A stretch of DNA of 32,000 nt from the NCBI GenBank assembly GCA_965227835.1, contig OZ245768.1:1350001-1382000 (forward strand), read 5' to 3'. Below the pieces are notes generated by a model. It was given only the letters and a program-made list of their open reading frames with translations. It made no database searches and was not told where the DNA came from. The stretch's first letter is position 1. Each line of letters opens with the position of its first letter. Source of the stretch: Candidatus Saccharimonadota bacterium. GTDB taxonomy: Bacteria > Patescibacteriota > Gracilibacteria > BD1-5 > UBA6164. The position numbers were made by a program, and so were the translations under genes. This document shows positions 31,269 through 32,000 of this stretch, piece by piece.

Positions 31269-31586
31269 ATGAAACTACCAACTTTTATGAAAATTGTTTT
31301 AAATATTATATTTTATATAGTATATGTTTTATTTTTAACAATAATTGTAAGCTTTGCCTTACCTCTTTTATTTAACTTTTTTATTGATAGTAATACAGGT
31401 ATATCTAGTATTATACAGCTTATAATTGCAATTTTTGTTCTTTTTGTAACTACAATTTATAGAAGATATTTTTATATGTCTGTTGATTTTGGAAGTTTAG
31501 CATTTTGAAAAACAGATAAACAAGATAGTGAGTCTAATTTTATGCAAGAAGAAGAACTGGATATTTTAATACCCAAGGAAAAGTAA
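31269..31586 (+). CDS. Small hypothetical two-TM membrane protein inserted between atpG and atpD; table 25
   Basis: The track ORF 31269..31508 reads through one TGA to TAA 31584-31586. It has two hydrophobic helices and an acidic tail. Confidence 0.45.
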
Positions 31587-31760
31587 TATAATTTTAAAAT
31601 TTTGAAAATAAGTTAACATTTAACAACCAAGCTAATTTTAAAATTACTTATTGCTTTGTTATTTAAGGAAACCCTGAAAAATTCATTTAAAAGAAAAACA
31701 ATTCTTTTTTGTTCCTAATAAAATTAAAAAATTTTTAAAAATTAATATAAATTAAAAAAT

Positions 31761-32000
31761 ATGTACAAAGGTAAGATTACTAAAGTAGTTTGAGTTGTTA
31801 TTGATGTTAAATTTGAAGGAGACTATGTTCCTTCTGTTTATGAAGCATTGGAAGTTTCTTGAGCAGAAAATAAAGTAGTTTTAGAGGTTCAACAACAGCT
31901 ATGAGATTCTTGTGTTAGAACTATTGCAATGAATCCAGTTGATGGTCTTAAAAGAGATATGGAAGTAATATCAAAGCAGTGACCTATATCTGTTCCTGTT
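31761..32000 (+). CDS. atpD: F1 ATP synthase subunit beta (5' part, runs off the window); table 25
   Basis: MYKGKITKVVGVVIDVKFEG...YEALEV...VLEVQQQLGDSCVRTIAM matches the beta N-terminal barrel domain, with TGA at Gly positions. Confidence 0.9.

Noticed and set aside
4695-32000. TGA = Trp (code 4, Mycoplasma/Spiroplasma-type) as the explanation for in-frame TGA
   Set aside because: TGA aligns with invariant Gly (GGGTGNP in pyrH, GDRQTGKT in atpA, RLFGNIFAG in atpB, GLCGG in atpG, LPQTG), and Trp positions are encoded by TGG. Code 25 therefore fits and code 4 does not.

Overview
This AT-rich bacterial window can only be read under translation table 25 (UGA = Gly, as in Gracilibacteria and Absconditabacteria/SR1). 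The supplied standard-code ORF track breaks up almost every native gene from about 4.7 kb to 32 kb. Reading TGA as a sense codon, and checking codon by codon for TAA/TAG, gives long uninterrupted genes. These are a HlyD-type adaptor, an HD-domain (p)ppGpp-hydrolase-like gene and a 1076-aa RND pump, then a membrane-anchored unknown, pyrH and rpmH-rnpA-yidC. Next comes a block of surface or secreted proteins: an LPQTG sortase substrate, a 764-aa protein with a peptidoglycan-binding-like motif and a TGA-dense Gly tail, a small membrane protein, and a 691-aa Cys-rich secreted protein. A 471-aa unknown lies on the minus strand, followed by an F1Fo ATP synthase operon. The operon is interrupted by an L-asparaginase gene between atpA and atpG, and by a small membrane-protein gene between atpG and atpD. 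TGA falls on invariant glycines (pyrH GGGTGNP, atpA Walker A, atpB RLFGNIFAG, atpG GLCGG, the G of LPQTG), which rules out TGA=Trp. Two segments behave differently: 1-4.4 kb (TelA/YaaN-like gene plus a three-gene NitT/TauT-type ABC transporter) and 21.0-23.3 kb (a lipoprotein GH19 chitinase with 13 GDDGS repeats). They have no in-frame TGA, only TAA/TAG stops, canonical AGGAGG Shine-Dalgarno sites, visibly higher G+C and GC-rich hairpin terminators. Native genes have none of these. I read the two segments as islands acquired from standard-code donors. No tRNA, rRNA, CRISPR array, integrase or transposase was seen.
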